A stretch of DNA of 45,935 nucleotides, from assembly GCA_020348445.1 (NCBI GenBank), contig CP070751.1:951416-997350 (forward strand). The letters run 5' to 3'. The stretch comes from Thermoplasmata archaeon (GTDB taxonomy: Archaea; Thermoplasmatota; Thermoplasmata; GCA-020350865). Below the pieces are notes generated by a model. The model did no database searches. It worked only from the letters and a program-made list of their open reading frames with translations, and was not told the DNA's origin. Below are positions 17,257 to 26,273 of the stretch, one piece after another (the first letter of the stretch is position 1; each line of letters opens with the position of its first letter). Made by a program: the position numbers and the translations under genes.

Positions 17257-19266
17257 TTACAATGGAACTTCCCAGATGCACTCTTCTTTGGAATGAATGT
17301 AGTATCCCTTTCCAATCTCAAAATAATCAGATTCCCCTAGCTTTTTCCATTTCTGGGTTTTGCCATTATAGGCCCAGATGGCATCGACATGCATTCCAAA
17401 CGTGAGGTTGTTCAAACCTTCTGTTCTGTTGTAGTTCGATAGAGAAGGATAGCCCACCATGTTCCATCCTGGATAGAGTGTTATGGTTTGGTTTTCTTTT
17501 GGTTCCGAACCATTGTAAACAAAAATCGTTTCCCCCAATTGGATGATATGAACCCAAAAGCCCATTTTTTCATTTATATAAAATAGATCGTTTCCGCTGA
17601 GCTTGCCCACCTTATAGTGCTTCCAGGGATCAGCAGAATCAGTTGGATCATACCATTGAACAGCATCATAATATCCGTCAATATCCTCAAGAACGGTAAT
17701 CAGATCCTGATCTTCCTGGATAAACGGTATCGATACGAGATTCCAGCCGCATGATAAATATGTGAAATTGGCTGCGAACATCGCCTCAAGCTCCAGGTCC
17801 ATGTAGGCGTCGGAGGATCCAGCAGTGTTGTAGACATAGACCGCCAGTGTATTTGCCCCAATTTGAAATGCACCTGAGGATACGTCAACGACCCTGTTCC
17901 AGTAATCGAACTCGTGATCATTCCCCAGATCATCGTCGATAATCACTCCATTGAGATACACCCGGGCGCAGTTGTCAGAGGCAACCTTTACCCTGGCCGA
18001 TATCACCTCTAGCCCAGGATCTATTGAAAATGTCTTTCGAAAGTAATAGCTGCCGTTGTTGTCATTTAAAACTGTGCCGTAAGATTCGTTGTCCCCAAAA
18101 CCGAATGCCGTCCAGCCCAGAAGCCAGTCGCTGTCATCAAATCCCTCCTCGAACCATTCTGGAGTTGACGGAGGCTGTGGATATGTCTCATTGTAGAGCC
18201 ACTCTTCACCAGATGAAACAAGTGTAACCTCCTCGGTTTTAGGAGGCGCACCGGGATACGGACCGTCTAAGGCAAGCACGCGGAAGGCACTTAGGGGAAT
18301 GGGATCAACAGTGTTTGACTGCAGAATCCCGCCCCAACCTGCAGTGCCCTCGTACTCTGCATATATCTTTGGACGTCCCGCATTATCAATTACTATCATA
18401 CCGTAGTCCTGCAGGGCGTGGGCTATGATCTTGCCAACCTCGTCCAGTCCCCAGGCATCAAAATCCGTGTCATCGAGGGTAGGATCCAGCTGCAGACGTG
18501 CTCCCTCGGGAAGATCGGGGGGAAAGGTTCCCAGACCATCGCTTTTTGTTGCGGGAAAGACATAGGTGTCTGCAGGGTAATCGTACGCAAAGGCGATAGC
18601 GTGATCGATGTGAGCCCGGTCTATCTCCCAGGGGCGTATAAGTCCCGCGAGGTAGGGGACACCGGCACCGCGGCTGGCGAAACCGTCGGGCGGAACACCA
18701 TAGAAGGTGGTATTGTAGTGGTACCCGTTTGTCACATTCCAGGTCCCGTTAACATTCTCTGAGGCGTGGTAGAAACCCCATTCATCCCCTGTTTCCGGAT
18801 TCCACATTACGATCTGTGCATCGGTTCCCGCTGATTCCTCGGCACCGTCTGGAATGGGGACCTGGATTGAGCCGCCACCCTGGTTCCATAGAGTATCATC
18901 GTTTACGACGTGACTGAACCATCCGCCAATGTACACCGTCTTAAGGGGCGTCGAAGAGTTGACCTCGTAGACCGGATAGGTGTACTGCGTGGGATCAGAA
19001 GAGAGGGTTTCAGCGCCAAATTCGGCTATCAGAGCAGAACTGTTTGGATCTATTGGTGGATTTGGGCCCAGGAGTGTATTCCATGGACTCGTATCACGGT
19101 ACGGGCGGATCTGTGTCTGCTGTGCTCTTGCCGAGCCGATCCAAAAATTACCTGGGGGTATTATGGAAAGAATGAACAATAATATAAGAGCTAGCACCGA
19201 TAAAAAACGAAATCTCGACTCTTTATTATGGTTTGTTAAAAATGACCCTACCATGATTCCCATCAA
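17257..19266 (-). CDS. Secreted protein: unassigned N-terminal domain, galactose-binding-like jelly roll, C-terminal WEVPL module
   Basis: Signal/TM segment. The central FGFGD...YYFRKTFSI...DNCARVYLNG pattern is typical of sugar-binding jelly rolls next to glycosidases. C-terminus ends CIWEVPL. Confidence 0.85.
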   Translation of the reverse strand: MMGIMVGSFLTNHNKESRFRFLSVLALILLFILSIIPPGNFWIGSARAQQTQIRPYRDTSPWNTLLGPNPPIDPNSSALIAEFGAETLSSDPTQYTYPVYEVNSSTPLKTVYIGGWFSHVVNDDTLWNQGGGSIQVPIPDGAEESAGTDAQIVMWNPETGDEWGFYHASENVNGTWNVTNGYHYNTTFYGVPPDGFASRGAGVPYLAGLIRPWEIDRAHIDHAIAFAYDYPADTYVFPATKSDGLGTFPPDLPEGARLQLDPTLDDTDFDAWGLDEVGKIIAHALQDYGMIVIDNAGRPKIYAEYEGTAGWGGILQSNTVDPIPLSAFRVLALDGPYPGAPPKTEEVTLVSSGEEWLYNETYPQPPSTPEWFEEGFDDSDWLLGWTAFGFGDNESYGTVLNDNNGSYYFRKTFSIDPGLEVISARVKVASDNCARVYLNGVIIDDDLGNDHEFDYWNRVVDVSSGAFQIGANTLAVYVYNTAGSSDAYMDLELEAMFAANFTYLSCGWNLVSIPFIQEDQDLITVLEDIDGYYDAVQWYDPTDSADPWKHYKVGKLSGNDLFYINEKMGFWVHIIQLGETIFVYNGSEPKENQTITLYPGWNMVGYPSLSNYNRTEGLNNLTFGMHVDAIWAYNGKTQKWKKLGESDYFEIGKGYYIHSKEECIWEVPL

Positions 19267-19488
19267 TGCATAATTATATTGTCTGGATATAAACCTTACG
19301 TTACAATTATCATTGTACCATATATATCCAGAATCCGATGGTGACGGAATTTTGAGGTTTTGAGGATTCTATGAGGTGTGGTGGACTTTTTTGTCCCAAA
19401 TAGAGGATTTTTACCCATGGTTCTTAAGGAAGGTTGAAAAAGATCATGGGTAATAATGAAAATAAAAGGAATATTTGAAGAAAAATGT

Positions 19489-19947
19489 TCACTTAAAATG
19501 TCTGCTTCTCCTGTAGGATTCCAAGGTTTCAATTGCTTTGATGGATTTTCTTGAATCAATGGGCTGAAACACAGCCGAAACCCGAGAAGTGAGCATATAG
19601 GCGATTATGCCTGCACTGATCAGCACAATCAAAATCCCTCTAACGGTATCAGATAACATCACAATAATACCATGGATTACTACAATAATGCAGAGAACTA
19701 TGAGAAGGTTCCTGCCCCATGAGGAGGACTTTAGGATACTGGCTCCTGAGGTCAGAATCAGGATGCTGAAGGCTATGATAACATATAAGTGGTGACTTTC
19801 CGATTCTAAAAACTGAAGGATCCCGTCATTCCAGAATTTACCTCCATAGAAAAGAACATACACTGATATTGCGATAAAGATCAGTGACAATACCCACAGT
19901 ATATAGGCCAGTAGTGAGAGTGTTAAAGGTTTGTCATAATCGACCAT
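19489..19947 (-). CDS. Small multi-pass membrane protein
   Basis: 152 aa with about 4 hydrophobic helices; no family recognised. Confidence 0.75.
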   Translation of the reverse strand: MVDYDKPLTLSLLAYILWVLSLIFIAISVYVLFYGGKFWNDGILQFLESESHHLYVIIAFSILILTSGASILKSSSWGRNLLIVLCIIVVIHGIIVMLSDTVRGILIVLISAGIIAYMLTSRVSAVFQPIDSRKSIKAIETLESYRRSRHFK

Positions 19948-20523
19948 TATATTGTATATTCCCTCTGCACTATAAAATAATTTGTGCTATAGTTGAAGTA
20001 AGAGATGCTTATGGGGCATCCATGGTTAAAAAAAAGTCCTTTTTCCTTATTTTTGGGGGTAATTTAAATCCTTACCTTCCAGTTTCGTAAGTTAGCTTAC
20101 CGTACAAACCATCTTATACTCTAAAGTATATTACAGTGATGAAAGGTGTTACTCAGTGATTGAGAAAATCAACTTGAGAAACAATGAAGAATTTTTCAAA
20201 GATCCACTACACATATTTCACTGACACTTTCTGCACAAGTTTTTACCTTCCACCTTTCAGGAGATGGTAGGAATGACTAGGGATGGTCATAGAGAATATA
20301 GGATTATAAGGAAAGTATATGATGTATATGTTAAGCCATGTACCTACTGGAAAATGAAATAGGAAAAAAACTGAAATACCCGTAAATGGTACAGATTCCC
20401 TGATTGGAGTCGATATTGAAAAGCCCTTGCATCTTATGTATTTGGAAATCGCATTCTAGATTTAGGGTACATTTACGGTTCGATGTCATACGCAGATTGT
20501 TCCACAATTAGGAGGAAATCATA

Positions 20524-20853
20524 TTGGTTTCAAAAACAAAAAGGCGAAAGAACCATGAAGCAGTAATTGAAATTGACAAACTACTGCATGAGCCTGCCAG
20601 ATTGAAGATAATGTCAAAGATCTATAATATGGACAGTGCAGATTATCTCGTATTGAAAAAGCAAACAGGTCTTTCCTCTGGAAACCTCTCGGCACACCTG
20701 ACAAAGCTGGAAAAGGCAGGTTACTTGAATATTGAAAAGAAATTTCGGGGAAGAAGACCTCATACGACATTGAAGATCACCAAAAAAGGCAGGGATGCAT
20801 TCTCCTCCTACAAGAAGAAGATAATTTCTGTATTCGAGGATAATTCTGAATGA
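20524..20853 (+). CDS. Winged-helix transcriptional regulator (ArsR/HTH_34 type)
   Basis: IDKLLHEPARLKIMS...LSSGNLSAHLTKLEKAGYL...GRRPHTTLKITKKGRDAF pattern; TTG start. Confidence 0.88.
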   Translation: MVSKTKRRKNHEAVIEIDKLLHEPARLKIMSKIYNMDSADYLVLKKQTGLSSGNLSAHLTKLEKAGYLNIEKKFRGRRPHTTLKITKKGRDAFSSYKKKIISVFEDNSE

Positions 20854-20915
20854 TTGAACCTTTTTTAATGCCATATCTGATTTATCATTTTACCACTATT
20901 TGAGGTCCAATACTG

Positions 20916-20955
20916 TGGGTGGATTTGGGAGCCACCTCTCGGATTTGGCATGCCC
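20916..20955. repeat. GGCATGCC-family palindrome, left arm only, abutting the WEVPL gene stop
   Basis: TGGGAGCCACCTCTCGGATTTGGCATGCCC then TTA (stop). Aligns with 25965-26004. Confidence 0.6.
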
Positions 20956-23433
20956 TTACAACGGAACTTCCCAGGTGCACTCGGATTTGGCGTGGATGTA
21001 ATATCCTTTTCCGGGTTCAAAATAATCTGAGGGCCCTAGCTTTTTGTACTTTGGTTCTGCAGCGTTGTAAGTTAGGATGGAATCCACATGAGTCCCAAAG
21101 ATGATATTGTTCAAGCCTTCTGTTCTGTTGTGGTTTCTGAGAGATGGGTAGCCTACCATGTTCCATCCTGGGTGGAGAGTGATGGTCTGGTTTTGGGTTA
21201 GTTGGGTGCCATTGTATATGAAAATCGTGTCTCCTGGTCGAGTGATGTGAATCCAGAAGCCCTGTGTTTCGTTTAGCTCGAACAAATCGTTTCCGTAGGG
21301 TTTACTTACTTTATGGTGCTTCCATGGATCATTTGAATCCTTACTATCATGCCATTGGACCGCATCATACAATCCGTCAATGGAGTCAAGAACATTAGGT
21401 AAATCCTGCTCTGTTTGGATCATTGGTACAGAAATCAGGTTCCAGCCCTGCTTTAGAATAGTGTAGTTACCAAGTGTGCTTTCCCTTATTAAAATTACTC
21501 CTTGCCCACCCATTAATTCTATCGTCTCAGCAGGTGTGCCAAGGATTCCATCTGCATTTAACAGACTGTAATTTCCGTCGAGATCATAAGCGATAGTTGT
21601 ATTATCACCGGCATTAAATGGATTTCTAAGCAGAACCGTGGCATTTTGAAAATCTCGGGAAAATACTGTATACTTATCATAACTGCCAGTGGTCAGATGA
21701 AAATCATCGAACCATGCCGTGCCGGTACCATCTTTAATTCTATATTTTATATTACCTTCCGTGTCTGAACCGGTAGTAAAGGTCATGCTGTAGAACGTCC
21801 AATCAGTGGTGTCCTTAACCACTATCCAGGAATCGCTTTCCTGCAAATCACTAAACTCATAAATATATATCTGAGCACCTTGGCCCGTTACATTCTCTGT
21901 TTTTATTCGTCCGCTGAGTGTGTAGGTCGCATATGGTTCTAATGAAACAGATTGCCAATTAATATTATTGATCTCTGTATCCGATTGGATTTTCACTGAG
22001 TAGTTACCTTCATATTTTATATCAGGATCCAATTCCACAGGTTCTGCTGCCACCCAATAATCCGGATTTCCATCGGAATCATCATCTATGTCAAAGTCCC
22101 CGTTGATAAGGATGTTGTTGGTTTCCTTGGTGTAACCAGAGCTATCATCGAAAATGTAGTATGAGCCCAAGGGCTGGCCGATATCGTAGTTTATGGCGTC
22201 AAACCATTTCTCCTCATCCAAACTGTAACCACCATGAACTCCATAGCCGTAATAGGTATGGTTACCATGAACAAGATAATAAAGGGCAAGACTGTAGAGT
22301 TGATCCCTCTCAAGAGTTACACCTTCAATATAATAATCAGGTCTGTTGGGATTGGCGATCTCATCATAAATCGGATTGTATTGAATCAACTGTATATTCC
22401 CTTTTTCATCCCTATCAATTATCGTATCCAGTTTTGCAGGGTCAATTGATGTGGTAATTCTTGCCCAGTTTTCATATTCACTACCTGATATTATTATCGG
22501 ATCCGAGTACCAACCGTTTCCCACTATGATCGTTCCATTTGGCAAGGAGCTCTTTAGATCTGAAAGAAGAGTCTTTATGTCTGCAGTATAGTTGCTCACA
22601 ACAGGGTATTCGAGAACTTCTGTATCGCCTTGAACTGCTGGCGTAGTACGCAGTGTATCGAGAAAAAGACCATCATATCCCTCATTCTCTTCCAGTATTT
22701 TAGGAGCATAATAATTAACAATGAAATCCAGGTAATCATCATTACCGATATTCATCACATAATCTGTTGGTGGACCCCAATAATATATTGGAATTCTTGA
22801 TTCATTCTTGTATCTTGCACTTGCATTGGGATTTGCACGGCTGGCAAACTCGGTATCGTTGACGTGATAATCGCCATTTAGGTCATTCACTGGGTCCCAC
22901 CCAGGAACCAGCTTGGTAACCTTTGGATCCAGCTCCAGTGGTTCCCCCAAGGTATAATTGACATCCTCTTTTGCATGAAGGAACATATCCTCTAGTTCAT
23001 TAGAAGTCAAATTATGCAAATCGCAATAGTCGAGGAGAGCCTGATATTTTTGATTAGAAGCCCCCGCAACCATGGTTCCAAAATAATCATAGAGCAGATT
23101 GATATTATTTGGCTTCTGATGCTCCCCCACTCTACCCATTCCGAAATCTATAATAACATCAAAATGTTGGCCCAAAAATTCATCTGAACTCCCTCCATTT
23201 ATGAAGGTTCTTATATGACTTCTAAGTGGTGTAAAATTACCCTCGGCTGTCCCGTTATCCCCCCTAGTCCCAGTCCTACCGTAACTGGAGTCCTCTGAAG
23301 GAGTTGTTACCTCTTCCTCGATAGGAGGTACAGCAGTCCTTTCAATGTTAAAATGTAATATAAACAACAATGCTATCGAGATTATCATTACTCTTTTAAA
23401 TATTCCCGTACGTATTTCTTTAATTCTATCCAT
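20956..23433 (-). CDS. Secreted putative glycoside-hydrolase-like (TIM barrel) protein with CBM4/9-like domain and C-terminal WEVPL module
   Basis: Signal anchor. YDGLFLDT and LYSLALYYL segments resemble putative GH barrels (family not certain). ILINGDFDID...WFDDFHL is CBM-like. Ends CTWEVPL. Confidence 0.8.
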   Translation of the reverse strand: MDRIKEIRTGIFKRVMIISIALLFILHFNIERTAVPPIEEEVTTPSEDSSYGRTGTRGDNGTAEGNFTPLRSHIRTFINGGSSDEFLGQHFDVIIDFGMGRVGEHQKPNNINLLYDYFGTMVAGASNQKYQALLDYCDLHNLTSNELEDMFLHAKEDVNYTLGEPLELDPKVTKLVPGWDPVNDLNGDYHVNDTEFASRANPNASARYKNESRIPIYYWGPPTDYVMNIGNDDYLDFIVNYYAPKILEENEGYDGLFLDTLRTTPAVQGDTEVLEYPVVSNYTADIKTLLSDLKSSLPNGTIIVGNGWYSDPIIISGSEYENWARITTSIDPAKLDTIIDRDEKGNIQLIQYNPIYDEIANPNRPDYYIEGVTLERDQLYSLALYYLVHGNHTYYGYGVHGGYSLDEEKWFDAINYDIGQPLGSYYIFDDSSGYTKETNNILINGDFDIDDDSDGNPDYWVAAEPVELDPDIKYEGNYSVKIQSDTEINNINWQSVSLEPYATYTLSGRIKTENVTGQGAQIYIYEFSDLQESDSWIVVKDTTDWTFYSMTFTTGSDTEGNIKYRIKDGTGTAWFDDFHLTTGSYDKYTVFSRDFQNATVLLRNPFNAGDNTTIAYDLDGNYSLLNADGILGTPAETIELMGGQGVILIRESTLGNYTILKQGWNLISVPMIQTEQDLPNVLDSIDGLYDAVQWHDSKDSNDPWKHHKVSKPYGNDLFELNETQGFWIHITRPGDTIFIYNGTQLTQNQTITLHPGWNMVGYPSLRNHNRTEGLNNIIFGTHVDSILTYNAAEPKYKKLGPSDYFEPGKGYYIHAKSECTWEVPL

Positions 23434-23580
23434 CTAAACCAATTAATATATAACCATTTCATATAACAATGTTTGTATACTCTTTTCATTTGTAATAATC
23501 AAAAAAGGTGTCATCCTCCTAATCCCGTTTCTAAAGGTCATTTTATCCTCCTGACTTCCATTTTTATAGAGATAGGAAGT

Positions 23581-23693
23581 AAGATGGGGGCTAGGAGTGT
23601 GGGGAATTTGGTGGTGGATCGAGAAAACCAGGGGAGTCGGGAGGATGTTTTGGGGGTGGGAAAGGGGGGAGGAGGAGGGGATGCGGCGTCCCT
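23581..23693 (+). repeat. G-rich dispersed repeat, copy A
   Basis: Core GGGGCTAGGAGTGTGGGGAATTTGGTG-n-GAAAACCAGGGGAGTCGGGAGGATG-n-GGAAAGGGGGGAGGAGG-n-GGGGATGCGG. Confidence 0.92.
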
Positions 23694-23732
23694 TTACAAT
23701 GGAACTTCCCAGGTGCACTCGGATTTGGTATG
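23694..23732 (-). pseudogene. Orphan 3' tip of a WEVPL-module gene (HTKSECTWEVPL*)
   Basis: 23694-23728 differs from 20956-20990 at 1 base, and its first 27 nt are identical to 40801-40827. The upstream reading does not continue the module. Confidence 0.8.
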
Positions 23733-23891
23733 CCAACTCTGGGAGGTGGGGGCGGTTTATGTAGGCCCAAAAAGGGGATAACCTTCAACTAGTTTCTCTT
23801 CAAGGTATGTATCCCGATACCATCACCTTTGCCTCGTTTCATTTTCCCCCTACTTTCTTTAACCCTCTCGGAGTTCAATTTATTCATCTTC

Positions 23892-24209
23892 TTATAAATA
23901 ATCTTCCCTAGGTGGAGAAAAAAAGGTTACCTCCTTCGAGTCTTCCAGCGCATTTATACTATGTTCTGTTCCTCCAGGTATTGAATAACTATCTCCTGCC
24001 TGGAGGATTTCGTTATACTCGTCGAACTTCATCTGTATCTTTCCAGAAATCACATATCCGCTTTGTTCATGCGGATGGCTGTGAAAAGACACATGATCGC
24101 CCGCTTTGTAGTTCATTTTTGTGACCATCGATTTCTCGCCTACACTAAGCACATCGAATGAAATCCCTAAGAATCTCCCTTTTTTAGCATCTTCCTTTTT
24201 TACTATCAT
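23892..24209 (-). CDS. Cupin domain protein
   Basis: FHSHPHEQSGYVISG and YSIPGGTEHS cupin metal motifs. Confidence 0.92.
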   Translation of the reverse strand: MIVKKEDAKKGRFLGISFDVLSVGEKSMVTKMNYKAGDHVSFHSHPHEQSGYVISGKIQMKFDEYNEILQAGDSYSIPGGTEHSINALEDSKEVTFFSPPREDYL

Positions 24210-24260
24210 TTTAAACCTCCTTAATGTTCATTGTTTCTTAACCCATATAATTGAATAAAT

Positions 24261-24599
24261 CTACTTTGATTTGTATCTGTCCTTTTGATTAAACAATGTT
24301 AAATCCTTGTAACCCTTTTTTATTTTTGCACTGTGCTTTACACCTTTGGGGATAAAGTAAGTATCTCCTTTTGAATAATTATTCTTCACACCATTAATAT
24401 TCAATTCGAGTTCTCCATCTAATATGACACCCCATTGTGCCTCATGAGAATGCACAGGAATCTCAATATCATTTTCAAAGCTCATAAAGAGAATTTGCCG
24501 ATTTCCGCCTTGAAAAAGGTGTGCTCGAAGTCCCTCAATAGGTATATCTGCTTCGGGTAAGCTTGTAATTATTTCTGGAAAGAAATTTTCTTTTGACAT
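24261..24599 (-). CDS. Cupin domain protein
   Basis: VHSHEAQWGVILDG and YFIPKGVKHS motifs. Confidence 0.92.
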   Translation of the reverse strand: MSKENFFPEIITSLPEADIPIEGLRAHLFQGGNRQILFMSFENDIEIPVHSHEAQWGVILDGELELNINGVKNNYSKGDTYFIPKGVKHSAKIKKGYKDLTLFNQKDRYKSK

Positions 24600-24601
24600 T
24601 T

Positions 24602-25057
24602 CTATTCCTCCTTTTTGTTTTCTTCATTTGAGAACAGCTTGAGCTTCTCGATAAAATCCTCTCGCACTGGATAGAAGATATCTAGCATTATGAAGGACTT
24701 ATCACCAATGCAGGTGTCACCATGCGGAACATTCCCTGGAATACGGTAGAAATCCCCCTTTTGAACAATTCGTTCCTCGTCCCCAATGCGCAGTTTCGCT
24801 TTGCCAGAGTATACAAATCCAACTTGTTCATGTGGATGAGAGTGCAATGGCACGGTATGACCCGGTAATGTGTCATTGAGTACCATCATCATCCTCTCAC
24901 CATGCAACCCAGTAAGGATCGTTGTTTCCAATCCTATCATCTGAATGAATCTGGGGGCATCCGCAGGGACTATGAAATATGGTACTTCCTTTCGCTTTGC
25001 AACTTTCTGCTTCCAAGTAGGTCTGTCCTTTTTGCACAAATATGTCGATGACATCAT
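24602..25057 (-). CDS. Cupin domain protein
   Basis: LHSHPHEQVGFVYSG and YRIPGNVPHG motifs; exact start uncertain. Confidence 0.88.
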   Translation of the reverse strand: MMSSTYLCKKDRPTWKQKVAKRKEVPYFIVPADAPRFIQMIGLETTILTGLHGERMMMVLNDTLPGHTVPLHSHPHEQVGFVYSGKAKLRIGDEERIVQKGDFYRIPGNVPHGDTCIGDKSFIMLDIFYPVREDFIEKLKLFSNEENKKEE

Positions 25058-25204
25058 TCAAAAGATATAATGCACCAAGAGATTATGTTAATTCTACCGC
25101 CCCACGGAGGCTCTTGAATGCAGGCAAATAGTAATATCGCCAAAGTGCTGGCCCAGTAGCAAACCGCCCCTCGGTGGGAAAATCATTATATATAATCCCT
25201 CAGA

Positions 25205-25921
25205 TTGAGTTTCATGCATTTCATAGATACCCGAATTCTTGTGCAACATTTGTGTCCTTTTTGTGACTTCTCCAAAGTCTTCCCAGAAGCAGAGATTTCC
25301 CTTTGGTGTAATCGGTCCAATGAGGTTCTACAGATTACCGCTTCCGACCCATCACATCTCATGGAGATCGTGCAAGCCGCACATGAATACCTTGGTGCAC
25401 ATGAGATATTCAGCGATGACCAATCTGCCTTAACGATGATCAAAGATTGTACTTGTTCAGAGACGGGTTCCGTCGCTGCAATTGCTGATGAATATGGTTG
25501 CTGGATCGTTCCACCTGTGACATATCGAGGTGGCTGGGAGACTCACCGTGTAATCTCATCCGACAATGATTCCATGCGCAAACTCATTACAGAGATCAAG
25601 AAAACTGGAAAGGTCAAGATACTGTCTAAACGTTCTCGAGTTCAGCTCGACGTGATACGGGACATTGGGGTGGTACCCGTACATTTCTTTGAAGGTCTGA
25701 CAGACCGCCAGATTCACGCCCTTGTTGTCGCATACGAAAACGGCCTTTTTGATATCCCTGCTCGAAATAAAATGGATCATGTTGCACTGAAGGAAGAGAT
25801 TTCCCGCTCCACCTTTGGAGAGCATTTACGGAAGGCACAGCTTCAGCTAATGAAGAACTCGTATCCTCTTCTTAAGCTCAAGGACGTCCGCAAGTCTTCG
25901 AAACGTAAGCCTCACGCCTAA
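25205..25921 (+). CDS. Bacterio-opsin activator-like regulator (HTH_10)
   Basis: C-terminal LTDRQIHALVVAYENGLFDIPAR...ISRSTFGEHLRKAQ is an HTH_10 pattern. TTATATATAA at 25186-25195 fits ATG 25214 as an alternative start. Confidence 0.88.
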   Translation: MSFMHFIDTRILVQHLCPFCDFSKVFPEAEISLWCNRSNEVLQITASDPSHLMEIVQAAHEYLGAHEIFSDDQSALTMIKDCTCSETGSVAAIADEYGCWIVPPVTYRGGWETHRVISSDNDSMRKLITEIKKTGKVKILSKRSRVQLDVIRDIGVVPVHFFEGLTDRQIHALVVAYENGLFDIPARNKMDHVALKEEISRSTFGEHLRKAQLQLMKNSYPLLKLKDVRKSSKRKPHA

Positions 25922-25964
25922 GCGATTTGTGCATAGTTCTTGTCTTGTTCGAGATCCAATAGTG

Positions 25965-26020
25965 TGTGGGGTTTTTGGGAGCCGCCACTCGGACTTGGCA
26001 TACCGCTTGTGAGAGGTGAA
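25965..26020. repeat. GGCATGCC-family imperfect palindrome
   Basis: TTGGGAGCCGCCACTCGGACTTGGCATACCGCTTGTGAGAGGTGAAGG. Left part aligns with 20916-20955; right part aligns with GTGAGAGTTGTGAAGG at about 40519-40534. Confidence 0.6.
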
Positions 26021-26273
26021 GGGTTTTGGGGATTTGATATCCTTACTCTTTATTCTACATAACTGTCTTTTTATACTCTAGTTAGTTCCAAATGGATTTA
26101 ATTTTATCTATTACCTCAGGGTACCGGGAAGGCTCTAAAATTTCGTGAATTTTTTTTATGATATGATGTAAAATATATCTTAACCGAAACGTTTAAAAGC
26201 TTTTAGAGAAGCGAGCCAATCTTTATTTATAAACTTTTTTACATAGTATTTTCCATATTTGAAAAACATGTAG

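Noticed and set aside
19950-20520. Possible pseudogene in the 570-bp spacer before the wHTH gene
   Set aside because: Only short stop-interrupted frames with no recognisable domain; cannot be supported without a translated search.
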